The translations under genes and the position numbers were made by a program. From assembly GCA_017515475.1 (NCBI GenBank), contig JAFWFS010000027.1, positions 829 through 64,828 of the forward strand: a stretch of DNA of 64,000 nt. Reading direction: 5' to 3'. Positions 48,957 to 57,554 of the stretch are shown here, in pieces (position 1 is the first letter of the stretch; each line of letters starts with the position of its first letter). This DNA is from Erysipelotrichaceae bacterium (GTDB lineage: Bacteria > Bacillota_I > Bacilli_A > Erysipelotrichales > Erysipelotrichaceae). The notes below the pieces were generated by a model. The model saw only the letters and a list, made by a program, of their open reading frames with translations, searched no databases and was not told the origin of the DNA.

Positions 48957-49864
48957 AACTGATTGTTTTGTTATCCACTTATAACGGTGAGAAATATCTT
49001 AAAGCACAGCTGGATTCGCTTTTGCAGCAGGATTTGCGACCTGATAAGATCCTGGTAAGAGATGACGGATCGAAGGATGATACCGTTGCTATACTAGAGG
49101 ATTATTGTTCAAAATACAGCTTTATTCGGTACTTCTGCGGTCCGAACAAAGGACCGGCAAAATCATTCTGGGAACTGATCTGCAATTGTGAAGAAGCCGA
49201 TTATTATGCTTTGTGCGATCAGGATGATGTCTGGTTCAAAGACAAGCTTTTCGTTGCCGTAGAGCGTTTAGAAAAAGAAGACAATCAGAAGCCACTATTG
49301 TATTGCAGTAGGTACACCTTAACAGATGCGCAGCTGAATCCAATCAATTCCGATATTTCATCACTGTATGGTTATTCCGATTTTCCGCACTCTTTGGTCT
49401 ATCACACCGCGCCGGGATGTACTTTTGTTTTCAATCACGAAGCCAGAAAACAGATCATCAAATACGATCTCGATCAGGAATACTGTCTGATTCATGACGC
49501 AATCATCCATAAAATCGTCTGCATGTTCGGAAAGATGATCCTTGATTCTGATTCCCACATGTACTACCGTCAGCACGGAGACAACGAGATCGGCATGGAC
49601 GCCAATGCTTTAAGGGTGTTTATCGGCAGAATAAACCGTTTCTTAAATGGCAAGATCAGGAATTACCGAAGCAATACTGCCAAGTCCCTGCTGAAGGTTT
49701 ACGGGCAAGAGTGTTCCAAGGAGGACAAAAGGCTGCTGGAAATGCTTGCCGGCTACCGGGACAGCAAAGAGCTGAAAAAGCAGCTGTTAAAAGAAAAGAG
49801 TTTCAGGACGAATACCATCAATGATCTGTTTTTCAAGATTCTGGTATTCGTAAACTATATTTAA
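48953..49864 (+). CDS. GT2 glycosyltransferase, rhamnosyltransferase-like (RgpB/WbbL-like)
   Basis: 303 aa. Motifs include MKLIVLLSTYNGEKYLKAQLDSLLQQ, ILVRDDGSKDDT and LCDQDDVW. This N-terminal pattern is common in rhamnosyltransferases of rhamnan and O-antigen loci. Confidence 0.7.
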   Translation: MKLIVLLSTYNGEKYLKAQLDSLLQQDLRPDKILVRDDGSKDDTVAILEDYCSKYSFIRYFCGPNKGPAKSFWELICNCEEADYYALCDQDDVWFKDKLFVAVERLEKEDNQKPLLYCSRYTLTDAQLNPINSDISSLYGYSDFPHSLVYHTAPGCTFVFNHEARKQIIKYDLDQEYCLIHDAIIHKIVCMFGKMILDSDSHMYYRQHGDNEIGMDANALRVFIGRINRFLNGKIRNYRSNTAKSLLKVYGQECSKEDKRLLEMLAGYRDSKELKKQLLKEKSFRTNTINDLFFKILVFVNYI

Positions 49865-49894
49865 ATAGGCTATAATGGTTAGGTAGGTTTAAAT

Positions 49895-50908
49895 ATGAAA
49901 GAAATAAACAGAAATAAAAAGACAGAAAACGAAAAAGCGCCAATCCTTTATCTGGTCGTTCCTTGTTTTAATGAAGAAGAAGTGATCGAAAAAAGCGCAG
50001 GAATCATGCTAAAGAAACTGCAGTCTCTGGAGAAACAGAAAGTCATTTCCAAAGACAGCAAGGTTTTTTTCGTTAACGACGGAAGCAAAGATGCGACAAA
50101 AGAGATTCTGATCTCTCTGGTAGAGAAAAACAGAGAGTTTGCCGTTTTGAACTTTACGACCAACTACGGGCATCAGAACGCGATTTATGCCGGAATGATC
50201 ACCGCAAAGGATTACGCGGATATCGTGGTAACGATCGATGCCGATCTGCAGCAGGACATTGAAGCACTGGATCGTTTCATAGCGGCCTATCAGGCAGGCA
50301 ATGATGTTGTATACGGTGTTAGAAACGACCGAAATACGGATGGTGCATTCAAGAAGTTCACTGCAACCATGTACTACCGTTTCATGCATCTGCTTGGCTG
50401 CAAGATTATCTCCAACAGCGCGGACTACCGTCTGCTTTCCAAGAAAGCCCTGAACATCCTTGCGGAATACAAGGAATCCAATCTTTTCTTAAGAGGCCTG
50501 ATTCCTTCCATCGGACTGAATTCCGATATCGTCTATTTCGACGTCAAGGAAAGAGAAGCCGGATCTTCGAAGTACACTTTCAGCAAGATGGCGAATCTGG
50601 CGATCGACGGGATCACTTCCTTTTCGATCGTTCCTCTGCATCTGATCTGCATTACCGGGTTCATTATTGTTGCCTTAAGCGGCATCATGCTGGTGGTCAG
50701 CCTGGTTGAGTGGGCACAGGGAAAGAACGTGCCGGGCTATACGACGCTGCTGGTAGTCATGCTGATCGCGACCGGACTGATCATGCTTTCACTGGGTATT
50801 ATCGGTGAGTATATCGCCAAGATCTACACCGAAGTGAAGGGAAGACCGCGTTATACGATCGATTCTATTATCTGGAACGAATCTACAAAAAATGGAAAAA
50901 AGAAATAA
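49895..50908 (+). CDS. GtrB/ArnC/GacI-type GT2 (polyprenyl-phosphate sugar synthase with 2 C-terminal TM helices)
   Basis: 337 aa. Motifs include YLVVPCFNEEEVI, FVNDGSKDAT, TTNYGHQNA, TIDADLQQD, two TM helices and GIIGEYIAKIY...GRPRYTI. Its G+C is visibly higher than that of its neighbours. Confidence 0.85.
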   Translation: MKEINRNKKTENEKAPILYLVVPCFNEEEVIEKSAGIMLKKLQSLEKQKVISKDSKVFFVNDGSKDATKEILISLVEKNREFAVLNFTTNYGHQNAIYAGMITAKDYADIVVTIDADLQQDIEALDRFIAAYQAGNDVVYGVRNDRNTDGAFKKFTATMYYRFMHLLGCKIISNSADYRLLSKKALNILAEYKESNLFLRGLIPSIGLNSDIVYFDVKEREAGSSKYTFSKMANLAIDGITSFSIVPLHLICITGFIIVALSGIMLVVSLVEWAQGKNVPGYTTLLVVMLIATGLIMLSLGIIGEYIAKIYTEVKGRPRYTIDSIIWNESTKNGKKK

Positions 50909-51827
50909 GCAGATCGACATACATGCGGATGATTATGCTCTAACTGTACACACGTCTCAGGACATGCTGGAATGCATGAAAGAAGGTGTGCTGGACAGCT
51001 TCAGTATCATCTGCAATACTTCATCTTTTGATGAGTGCATGGAAATGCTAAATCAGGCAATTCCTTCTTTTTCTTTTCTTCCGCTGATTTCTGTCCATCT
51101 GAATTTGGTGGAAGGTTTTGCCTTATCTGAAGGCCTTCGGCTTATTGCAGAAAACGGAGTTATGTCTTTAGGCTGGAAAGGCGTTTGGCTGATGGCTTTT
51201 ACCGGAAAAAGAAGGCAACTGAAAGAAGAACTGAAGAAGGAAATCAAGGCCCAGATCGACAGGACTTGGGAAGTCGCAAAGAAGTGCTTTCAGATTGCCG
51301 AAGAGAATCATATTCCTTATGAACAGAATCATCTTAGAATCGATTCCCATCAGCATATACACTCCATTCCGATCGTCTGGGAAGCTTTGATGGAGGCAAT
51401 TGAAGAAAACGGATACGAAGTGGAATATATCAGGAATCCAAAAGAACCGCTGCTTCCTTTCATAAAAGAGATATCCCTTTGGAAGAGTTACCGGCCTGTC
51501 AATTTCATCAAGAACAGAATACTGATGCTGTATTCGAAAGAAAACGACAGTTACTGTGACAGAAACCATATGCAGAAGATGTACATGTGGGGTCTAGTCA
51601 TGAGCGGGAAAATGGACTTTGAAAGAATTAAAAAGATTTATCCTGAAATGCTCAAGAAAACAGAGAGAGATAATCGCAGACTGGAAATTCTTTTCCATCC
51701 TGGAACAGCCTTGAAAGAAGAAAACAAGGGCGAAATCGCAAGAGAATCCATGGAAGATTTCTATCTGTCTGATGGCAGGAACATCGAGAAGCAGACTCTG
51801 CTGCAGATAAAAAATATAGTGTGTTAG
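50892..51827 (+). CDS. YdjC/ChbG/HpnK-family carbohydrate deacetylase
   Basis: 311 aa. It has IDIHADDYALT near the N-terminus and the metal-binding block RIDSHQHIHSIP, both YdjC-family hallmarks. It overlaps the upstream GtrB-like gene by 17 nt. Confidence 0.7.
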   Translation: MEKRNKQIDIHADDYALTVHTSQDMLECMKEGVLDSFSIICNTSSFDECMEMLNQAIPSFSFLPLISVHLNLVEGFALSEGLRLIAENGVMSLGWKGVWLMAFTGKRRQLKEELKKEIKAQIDRTWEVAKKCFQIAEENHIPYEQNHLRIDSHQHIHSIPIVWEALMEAIEENGYEVEYIRNPKEPLLPFIKEISLWKSYRPVNFIKNRILMLYSKENDSYCDRNHMQKMYMWGLVMSGKMDFERIKKIYPEMLKKTERDNRRLEILFHPGTALKEENKGEIARESMEDFYLSDGRNIEKQTLLQIKNIVC

Positions 51828-51839
51828 AATTGGATTAGA

Positions 51840-52820
51840 ATGATGGATATAAATAAAGTCAGAAAGTTCTATCTGATAGTCTGGACGGCCTGTTTATCGG
51901 CCTTCCTGCTTTTCTATCTGATCGCCAGAAAAGATCTGGTTTTTACGAATACCTACTGGATATTTGTTTCGATATTCTGTCTGGCTCTTTTTGCTATTCT
52001 GTTACGTTCTTATCTTAAATACAAGAAAAAATACATTGATTATGTAGCGGCAATCGTTTATGCCGTATACCGTTACGGTTTTCTGATTTCTCAGCTGGTT
52101 TCACGCGATTTTAAATCCAAGTATAAAAGATCCGTCTTGGGTGTTCTATGGAGTTTTCTGAATCCTTTGTTGACCATGATCGTTCAGTTTCTGGTTTTCT
52201 CAACGATCTTCAAGGCGAATACCAAGAGTTATCCGGTATATCTTTTGAGTGGTGTTGTATGCTTCAGCTTCTTTAAGGAAGTTACAGACATGTGTCTTTC
52301 ATCTATATCCGGAAATGCTAACCTTATAAACAAAGTTTATATCCCTAAGTATATTTTCCCTTTGGCGAGAACGATTTCATCTATGATCAATCTTGGCCTT
52401 TCTTTGATTCCGTTAATTTTGGTAAGCATACTGATGGGAATTACTTTACACGCTTCCGTTTTACTTGGAATCTATTTTTTGGGCTGTCTGATTGTTTTTT
52501 CTTTAGGTGTCGGAATGTTTCTGGCTGCTTTGATGGTCTTTTTTAGAGACATCCAGTTCTTATGGTCGGTCATTACCCAGGTCTGGCAATACGCAACGCC
52601 GATCTTCTACCCGGCTGAAATCATTCCGGCAAAATATCACTTCATTATCCTGTTTAATCCTTTGTATCATTTCATCGGGAATTTGCGTAAATGTCTGCTT
52701 GACGGCGTTTCACCGGAGTTTCCCGCCTATATTTACTGTGCGATATTCGCTCTGCTTTCTTTATCTGTAGGTGCTTTTGTATTTAAGAAGACTCAGGATA
52801 AGTTTACTCTGTATCTCTAG
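51840..52820 (+). CDS. ABC-2 type polysaccharide/teichoic-acid export permease (Wzm/TagG/RgpC-like) with an N-terminal extension
   Basis: 326 aa. The ABC-2 core begins near residue 78 (YRYGFLISQLVSRDFKSKYKRSVLGVLWSFLNPLL) and is followed by 6 TM segments. Residues 1 to about 75 form an extra two-TM extension. Confidence 0.85.
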   Translation: MMDINKVRKFYLIVWTACLSAFLLFYLIARKDLVFTNTYWIFVSIFCLALFAILLRSYLKYKKKYIDYVAAIVYAVYRYGFLISQLVSRDFKSKYKRSVLGVLWSFLNPLLTMIVQFLVFSTIFKANTKSYPVYLLSGVVCFSFFKEVTDMCLSSISGNANLINKVYIPKYIFPLARTISSMINLGLSLIPLILVSILMGITLHASVLLGIYFLGCLIVFSLGVGMFLAALMVFFRDIQFLWSVITQVWQYATPIFYPAEIIPAKYHFIILFNPLYHFIGNLRKCLLDGVSPEFPAYIYCAIFALLSLSVGAFVFKKTQDKFTLYL

Positions 52821-52828
52821 GAGCTGAT

Positions 52829-53587
52829 ATGTCAAAAAAGGTGATCGAAGTTAAAAACGTAACGATGAAGTTCCGTATGTCGGAAGAACCGATCAACTCT
52901 TTAAAAGAGATTTTTACAACTGCCTTGTCAGGCAAATTGAAATACAATGAATTCAAGGCCTTGGATGATGTCTCTTTTTCTATCAACAAGGGAGAAACAC
53001 TTGGCCTTATCGGCAACAATGGTGCAGGTAAATCAACTACGTTGAAACTGATTTCCGGAATAATGAAACCTACTAGCGGCGCAATCACGACCAAAGGCAA
53101 TATCGTACCGATGCTGGAGTTGGGAGCCGGTTTTGATTTGGAACTTACCGGCAGAGAAAACATCTATCTTAACGGCGCGATTCTGGGCTATTCCAAGGAA
53201 TATCTGGAATCTAAATACGATGAGATCGTTGACTTTGCGGAAATTGAAGAGTTCATCGACATGCCGATCAGAAACTATTCTTCGGGCATGATGGCCAGAC
53301 TCGCTTTCTCCATTGCTTCCGTTGTTCAGCCGGAAATCCTGATTGTAGACGAAATTCTTTCGGTTGGCGATGCTGCATTCCAGGAAAAAAGCCTGAATCG
53401 TATGAAAGAGCTCATGAACGGTGGTGCTACTGTTCTGTTTGTTTCCCATAACATAGAAAAAATCAGAGAGATGTGTGATAAAGTCGTTTGGCTGAGGAAA
53501 GGCAAGATCGTTCAGAAAGGCGATGTCGGAGAAGTCTGCGACGCATATCTTCAGTGGCAGAACGAAAAGAAGCTTCAGAAAAAATGA
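52829..53587 (+). CDS. ABC transporter ATP-binding protein (Wzt/TagH/RgpD-like, short form)
   Basis: 252 aa. It has Walker A GNNGAGKST, the signature YSSGMMARL, Walker B ILIVDE and the H-loop FVSHN. It has no C-terminal carbohydrate-binding extension. Confidence 0.92.
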   Translation: MSKKVIEVKNVTMKFRMSEEPINSLKEIFTTALSGKLKYNEFKALDDVSFSINKGETLGLIGNNGAGKSTTLKLISGIMKPTSGAITTKGNIVPMLELGAGFDLELTGRENIYLNGAILGYSKEYLESKYDEIVDFAEIEEFIDMPIRNYSSGMMARLAFSIASVVQPEILIVDEILSVGDAAFQEKSLNRMKELMNGGATVLFVSHNIEKIREMCDKVVWLRKGKIVQKGDVGEVCDAYLQWQNEKKLQKK

Positions 53588-55344
53588 ACGTACTGATCAG
53601 TTCGACGACTTTCATTCCTTCGGTGATCCTTTGCGGGCACTGCCAGCTGGATTTTTTACAGAAGCAGGGGAGAGTAAACTATAAATTCGTCATTTCGCAT
53701 TTTACCGATAAGAAGAATATTGAATGGGCGGATATCATCGTTTTTTTACGAAGTGATTCGGATATTGATGCCTATGTATCAAAGATTGCAAAGAAAGCGG
53801 GCAAACACCTTGTTTACGTTCTGGATGACGACATTCTGAATGTTCCGGAATATCTCTCCAGTGCGCCCTACTATTTATTACCATCAACACAAAACAACAT
53901 CTGTACCATCATGTCAAACTGTGATACTTTCCTTACGACTTCTCCTGTCTTGTTGGATAAGTACGGAAAAGGATTCAACCACAGTTTTTTAATTGATGAA
54001 CCTTCATTGAATACGATTGATACAAAACCGAAGAATGATAAGATCAAGATCGGATTTGCCGGATCGATTGACAGATCTCAAGACCTGAACGATATTCTGG
54101 AAGAAGCAATTTCGAAGCTGGTAGAGAAATATCAGGACTCCATAGAGATCGAAGTCATGGGTGCAAAACCGGCTTTTGTCGAAAAACTTGGACTGACACA
54201 TCTTCCGTATCAGGATGGCTACGATGCCTATACGGCTTTCATGGCCAGATGCAACTGGGATATCGGTCTGGCTCCGATGCCGGATACGGAGTTTCACAGA
54301 TGCAAGTACTTTAACAAGTATGTGGAATACGCTTCTTTTGGCATTGCCGGAATCTATTCCGATCTGGAACCATATGTCTTTGGAATCCGTGATAAAGAGA
54401 ATGGCCTCCTGGTAGAGAACACGACAGAAGCCTGGTACAGGGCCATCTGCGAGCTAATAGAGAACGAACAGTTAAGAAGCCGAATCAGCGAAAACTGCCT
54501 CCTGGAAGCAAAGAAAAAGTACTCTTTGGATATTCTGGCGGAAGATTATCTGGAAAAAATCACAGAAGCTTATAAGCCGGTAACGGACAAGAAAACGATT
54601 GAAGATCTCACATTTGTAAAGACGGTCATCTTCTTTAAACGCGTCTATCGGAAGATAAAAGAAAAAGGAAAAGATTTTCCTGTGTGGCTGAAAGAAAAAC
54701 TGAGGAAGAAGCTCAATGAATACAGGAAACAGAAGACGTATCAGAACAATACGAAGAAACTGGAAAAGATGCTTCAGGAGAAAAAGAGCATCTTTGTCAT
54801 ATCTCCGTATTTTGCTGAAAAAAATGATGTTTATCACCAAAGAGTCAAACTGCTGGATGATGCATTAGGAGATGTTTATAAAATCTATCTTTCCGGAGAA
54901 GACAGGCTTTGCGAGCATCTGATGACGGACTTTATCGACGATAATCACGCTTCCATCATATTTAACAGCTACGACATTCATCAGACCGAACAGGTTCTTG
55001 AATTGATCAGAAAGTCTCACAACTGTCTGATTCATTCCGTGATCCGTTTCATGAGAGAAAAGATCTCAGATGATATGTTCCGGGTATTTGATCTGGATGA
55101 TGTAACGGTCATCTGGGACAGTCATGGCATGATTCCTGAAGAATATGAAAAGCATGCGAATTTTCATACCGGAGAAGTCACCAGTGAGATAGAAAAGAGG
55201 TTCTATCAGAAGGCAGATGTATTGATCTGTGAAAACGATGCACTGCGCGATCATTTCATCGATAAATACGGGAAAAAAGACATGGAATATCTCGTCTATT
55301 CCGGCAGCAGCGATCCGCAGGAATTAAGAAAAACACTTAAATAA
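53584..55344 (+). CDS. Large GT-B-like glycosyltransferase with a coiled-coil linker and a second partial GT-B-like domain
   Basis: 586 aa from the ATG at 53584, which overlaps the wzt stop as ATGA. The first part (about 340 aa) carries IGFAGSIDR...YVEYASFGIAGIYSDLEPY...ENGLLVEN, which looks like a GT1/GT4 C-domain. A K/E-rich linker and another alpha/beta region follow. Confidence 0.55.
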   Translation: MNVLISSTTFIPSVILCGHCQLDFLQKQGRVNYKFVISHFTDKKNIEWADIIVFLRSDSDIDAYVSKIAKKAGKHLVYVLDDDILNVPEYLSSAPYYLLPSTQNNICTIMSNCDTFLTTSPVLLDKYGKGFNHSFLIDEPSLNTIDTKPKNDKIKIGFAGSIDRSQDLNDILEEAISKLVEKYQDSIEIEVMGAKPAFVEKLGLTHLPYQDGYDAYTAFMARCNWDIGLAPMPDTEFHRCKYFNKYVEYASFGIAGIYSDLEPYVFGIRDKENGLLVENTTEAWYRAICELIENEQLRSRISENCLLEAKKKYSLDILAEDYLEKITEAYKPVTDKKTIEDLTFVKTVIFFKRVYRKIKEKGKDFPVWLKEKLRKKLNEYRKQKTYQNNTKKLEKMLQEKKSIFVISPYFAEKNDVYHQRVKLLDDALGDVYKIYLSGEDRLCEHLMTDFIDDNHASIIFNSYDIHQTEQVLELIRKSHNCLIHSVIRFMREKISDDMFRVFDLDDVTVIWDSHGMIPEEYEKHANFHTGEVTSEIEKRFYQKADVLICENDALRDHFIDKYGKKDMEYLVYSGSSDPQELRKTLK

Positions 55345-55359
55345 GCTATAATAAAAATT

Positions 55360-57552
55360 ATGGAAGAAAAAACGCCTGTTTATAAATTGAATGTTACCGT
55401 ATGGGATGCGCTCAAGAGGTTTTTGAGTTCCGATAATCCGCTGTCCTATCTGGTTAACGTTTTTTTGAATGCACTCTGGCTGATAGGAAAACTGATCAAA
55501 AAGCTTCTGAAATTGATTAAGGGCGTAAAGCCGGAAGAGAATAAAGCAGGTAAACAGGTTAATGATTATGGATATGAAGTTCATTTTAACGATCTGCTGA
55601 AATACGCCAGAAAAGAAAAAACAAGAGAGTATCATAAAGATCTTTCTGTCACGGTAATTGTTCCAATCTACAACGGTTCCGATCATCTGCGTGAACTTTT
55701 TCCATCTCTGGAAAAGAATACTTCAAAAAGAGTGAAAATCCTGCTGATAGACGACTGCAGCAGCGAGAAAAAGACAAAAGACCTGATTCGCGAGTATAGT
55801 GAAAGAAACAGAAACTGGGAAGCTAGCCGTAATAATACAAATCTGGGCTTTGTCGGTTCCATAAACAGAGGAATGTCGCTGGTAAAGACGGATCTTGCCG
55901 TATGGCTGAACTCAGATACGATCGTACCTTCCAAGTGGCTGGAAAGACTGACCGAACCATTCTGCCAGGATCCTTATCTTGCTACAGCTACGCCTTTTAC
56001 CAATTCCGGTGTGACTTTCTCTTATCCTGTTTTTGCAAAAGATAATGAGCTCAAGTTCTCCCTGGAAGAGATAGATAAAGCATTCGGCCGTATTCAGAGT
56101 CTGAATGACGGGCTGGATGATACCTACAGCGGTACGGGTTTCTGTATGGCGGTAAACATGAAAGCATGGAAAGAAGTTGGCGAACTGGATGAGGTTTCTT
56201 TTGGAAAAGGTTATGGTGAAGAGAACGACTGGTGTTTCAGGGCGCTGCAGAACGGTTACCGCCACAAGATCGTTCCGGATCTGTTTGTAGAACATCGCCA
56301 TGGCGGAACCTTTGAATCCGAAGAGAAGCAGAAACTGCAGGAAGAACACGCTAAAGTTCTTTTACAGCGTTATCCGAAACTGATGAACGAAACAATTCCC
56401 ACTTTCCTGAAAGAAGACCCGTGGAAGAAATACAGAGCACTTGCAGATCTGTTTTTGTCCGACCATAAAACGGTACTGTTTATCGATATCCGAAAAGAAA
56501 GCAATGACAAGAGCGGAGCGATCGACTACGCATATGACAAGATCGCTGAATTTGAAAGAAAGGACTGTCGTGTCATTCTTTTAAATTATGAGAAGAACAG
56601 CGAGAAATGGTTTGTATCTCCTATTTCCATTGATTCTGGCTGTTCGATAAGCTTAGACAGTTTTTCTGATCTGAATGAACTGTTTAAACTGATTTTCGTT
56701 AAGACGGTATTCATAAATAATCTTGCATTTTACCTGAATCCTGAGGCTATCATTGATCAATTGTGTTTACTGAAAGATGAACATGCATTTAAGCTGGAAT
56801 ATGCCTTTAACGATCATCTTCCTGCCTGCCCAAGCTATTTTCTGATCAATGATAAATGTCTTCCGTGCCCGGTTTCTAAAGGGCAGACATGCGTAAACTG
56901 TCTAAAAGAGAATCCATACAAAGTTATAGAGCGCTATGATGTGAATAAATGGAGAGAGCATTATCGTAAACTGTTTATACGAGTTGACAGTTTTCTATTC
57001 TTCTCCGATTATACCAGAAAGATCATTACGAATGTATATCCCGAAATTCAAGCTAGAAGTCATGTAGTTCCGCACAAACCATTGATGGATCAGAACGCTT
57101 CAAAATACGTTCCAAATGAAGAAAAGGACGGAATCTTACGCATCGCTTTTGTTGGGCATTTCACCAGAACAAAAGGAGCTGATCTGTTTATCGAAACAGC
57201 GAAGAAATTGAAAGAAAACATCAAGTCGAAGTTTTATATTATCGGCTATGCGGATGACGAATACAAGGTAGACTATGAAATCACAGGAAAATACGAAAGG
57301 AACGATCTGGGAAAGATCCTAAGCGATAAGAAAATAGATCTGGTTATCATGCCTTCTTTCAGTAACGAGACATACAGTTATACCGTTCAGGAACTGATGC
57401 TTCTGAAAGTGCCTTTTGTTGTTTTTGCCTGCGGCGCTCCGGCGGACAGGATACGCAAGGAAAACTATAGATTGGCTGAGATCGCTGAAGAAGTAAATGC
57501 GGATTCTTTGTTCAAGGCAACGGTAACATTGAAAGATAGGCTGGGACTATAA
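55360..57552 (+). CDS. Bifunctional glycosyltransferase (central GT2 domain plus C-terminal GT4-like GT-B domain); candidate glycan polymerase
   Basis: 730 aa. The GT2 motifs are VTVIVPIYNGSDHL, LLIDDCSSEK and LNSDT. The C-terminal part reads IAFVGHFTRTKGADLF...IIGY...LVIMPSFSNETYSYTVQELMLLKVPFVV. This architecture is typical of ABC-transporter-dependent O-PS and rhamnan polymerases. Confidence 0.7.
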   Translation: MEEKTPVYKLNVTVWDALKRFLSSDNPLSYLVNVFLNALWLIGKLIKKLLKLIKGVKPEENKAGKQVNDYGYEVHFNDLLKYARKEKTREYHKDLSVTVIVPIYNGSDHLRELFPSLEKNTSKRVKILLIDDCSSEKKTKDLIREYSERNRNWEASRNNTNLGFVGSINRGMSLVKTDLAVWLNSDTIVPSKWLERLTEPFCQDPYLATATPFTNSGVTFSYPVFAKDNELKFSLEEIDKAFGRIQSLNDGLDDTYSGTGFCMAVNMKAWKEVGELDEVSFGKGYGEENDWCFRALQNGYRHKIVPDLFVEHRHGGTFESEEKQKLQEEHAKVLLQRYPKLMNETIPTFLKEDPWKKYRALADLFLSDHKTVLFIDIRKESNDKSGAIDYAYDKIAEFERKDCRVILLNYEKNSEKWFVSPISIDSGCSISLDSFSDLNELFKLIFVKTVFINNLAFYLNPEAIIDQLCLLKDEHAFKLEYAFNDHLPACPSYFLINDKCLPCPVSKGQTCVNCLKENPYKVIERYDVNKWREHYRKLFIRVDSFLFFSDYTRKIITNVYPEIQARSHVVPHKPLMDQNASKYVPNEEKDGILRIAFVGHFTRTKGADLFIETAKKLKENIKSKFYIIGYADDEYKVDYEITGKYERNDLGKILSDKKIDLVIMPSFSNETYSYTVQELMLLKVPFVVFACGAPADRIRKENYRLAEIAEEVNADSLFKATVTLKDRLGL

Positions 57553-57554
57553 AA

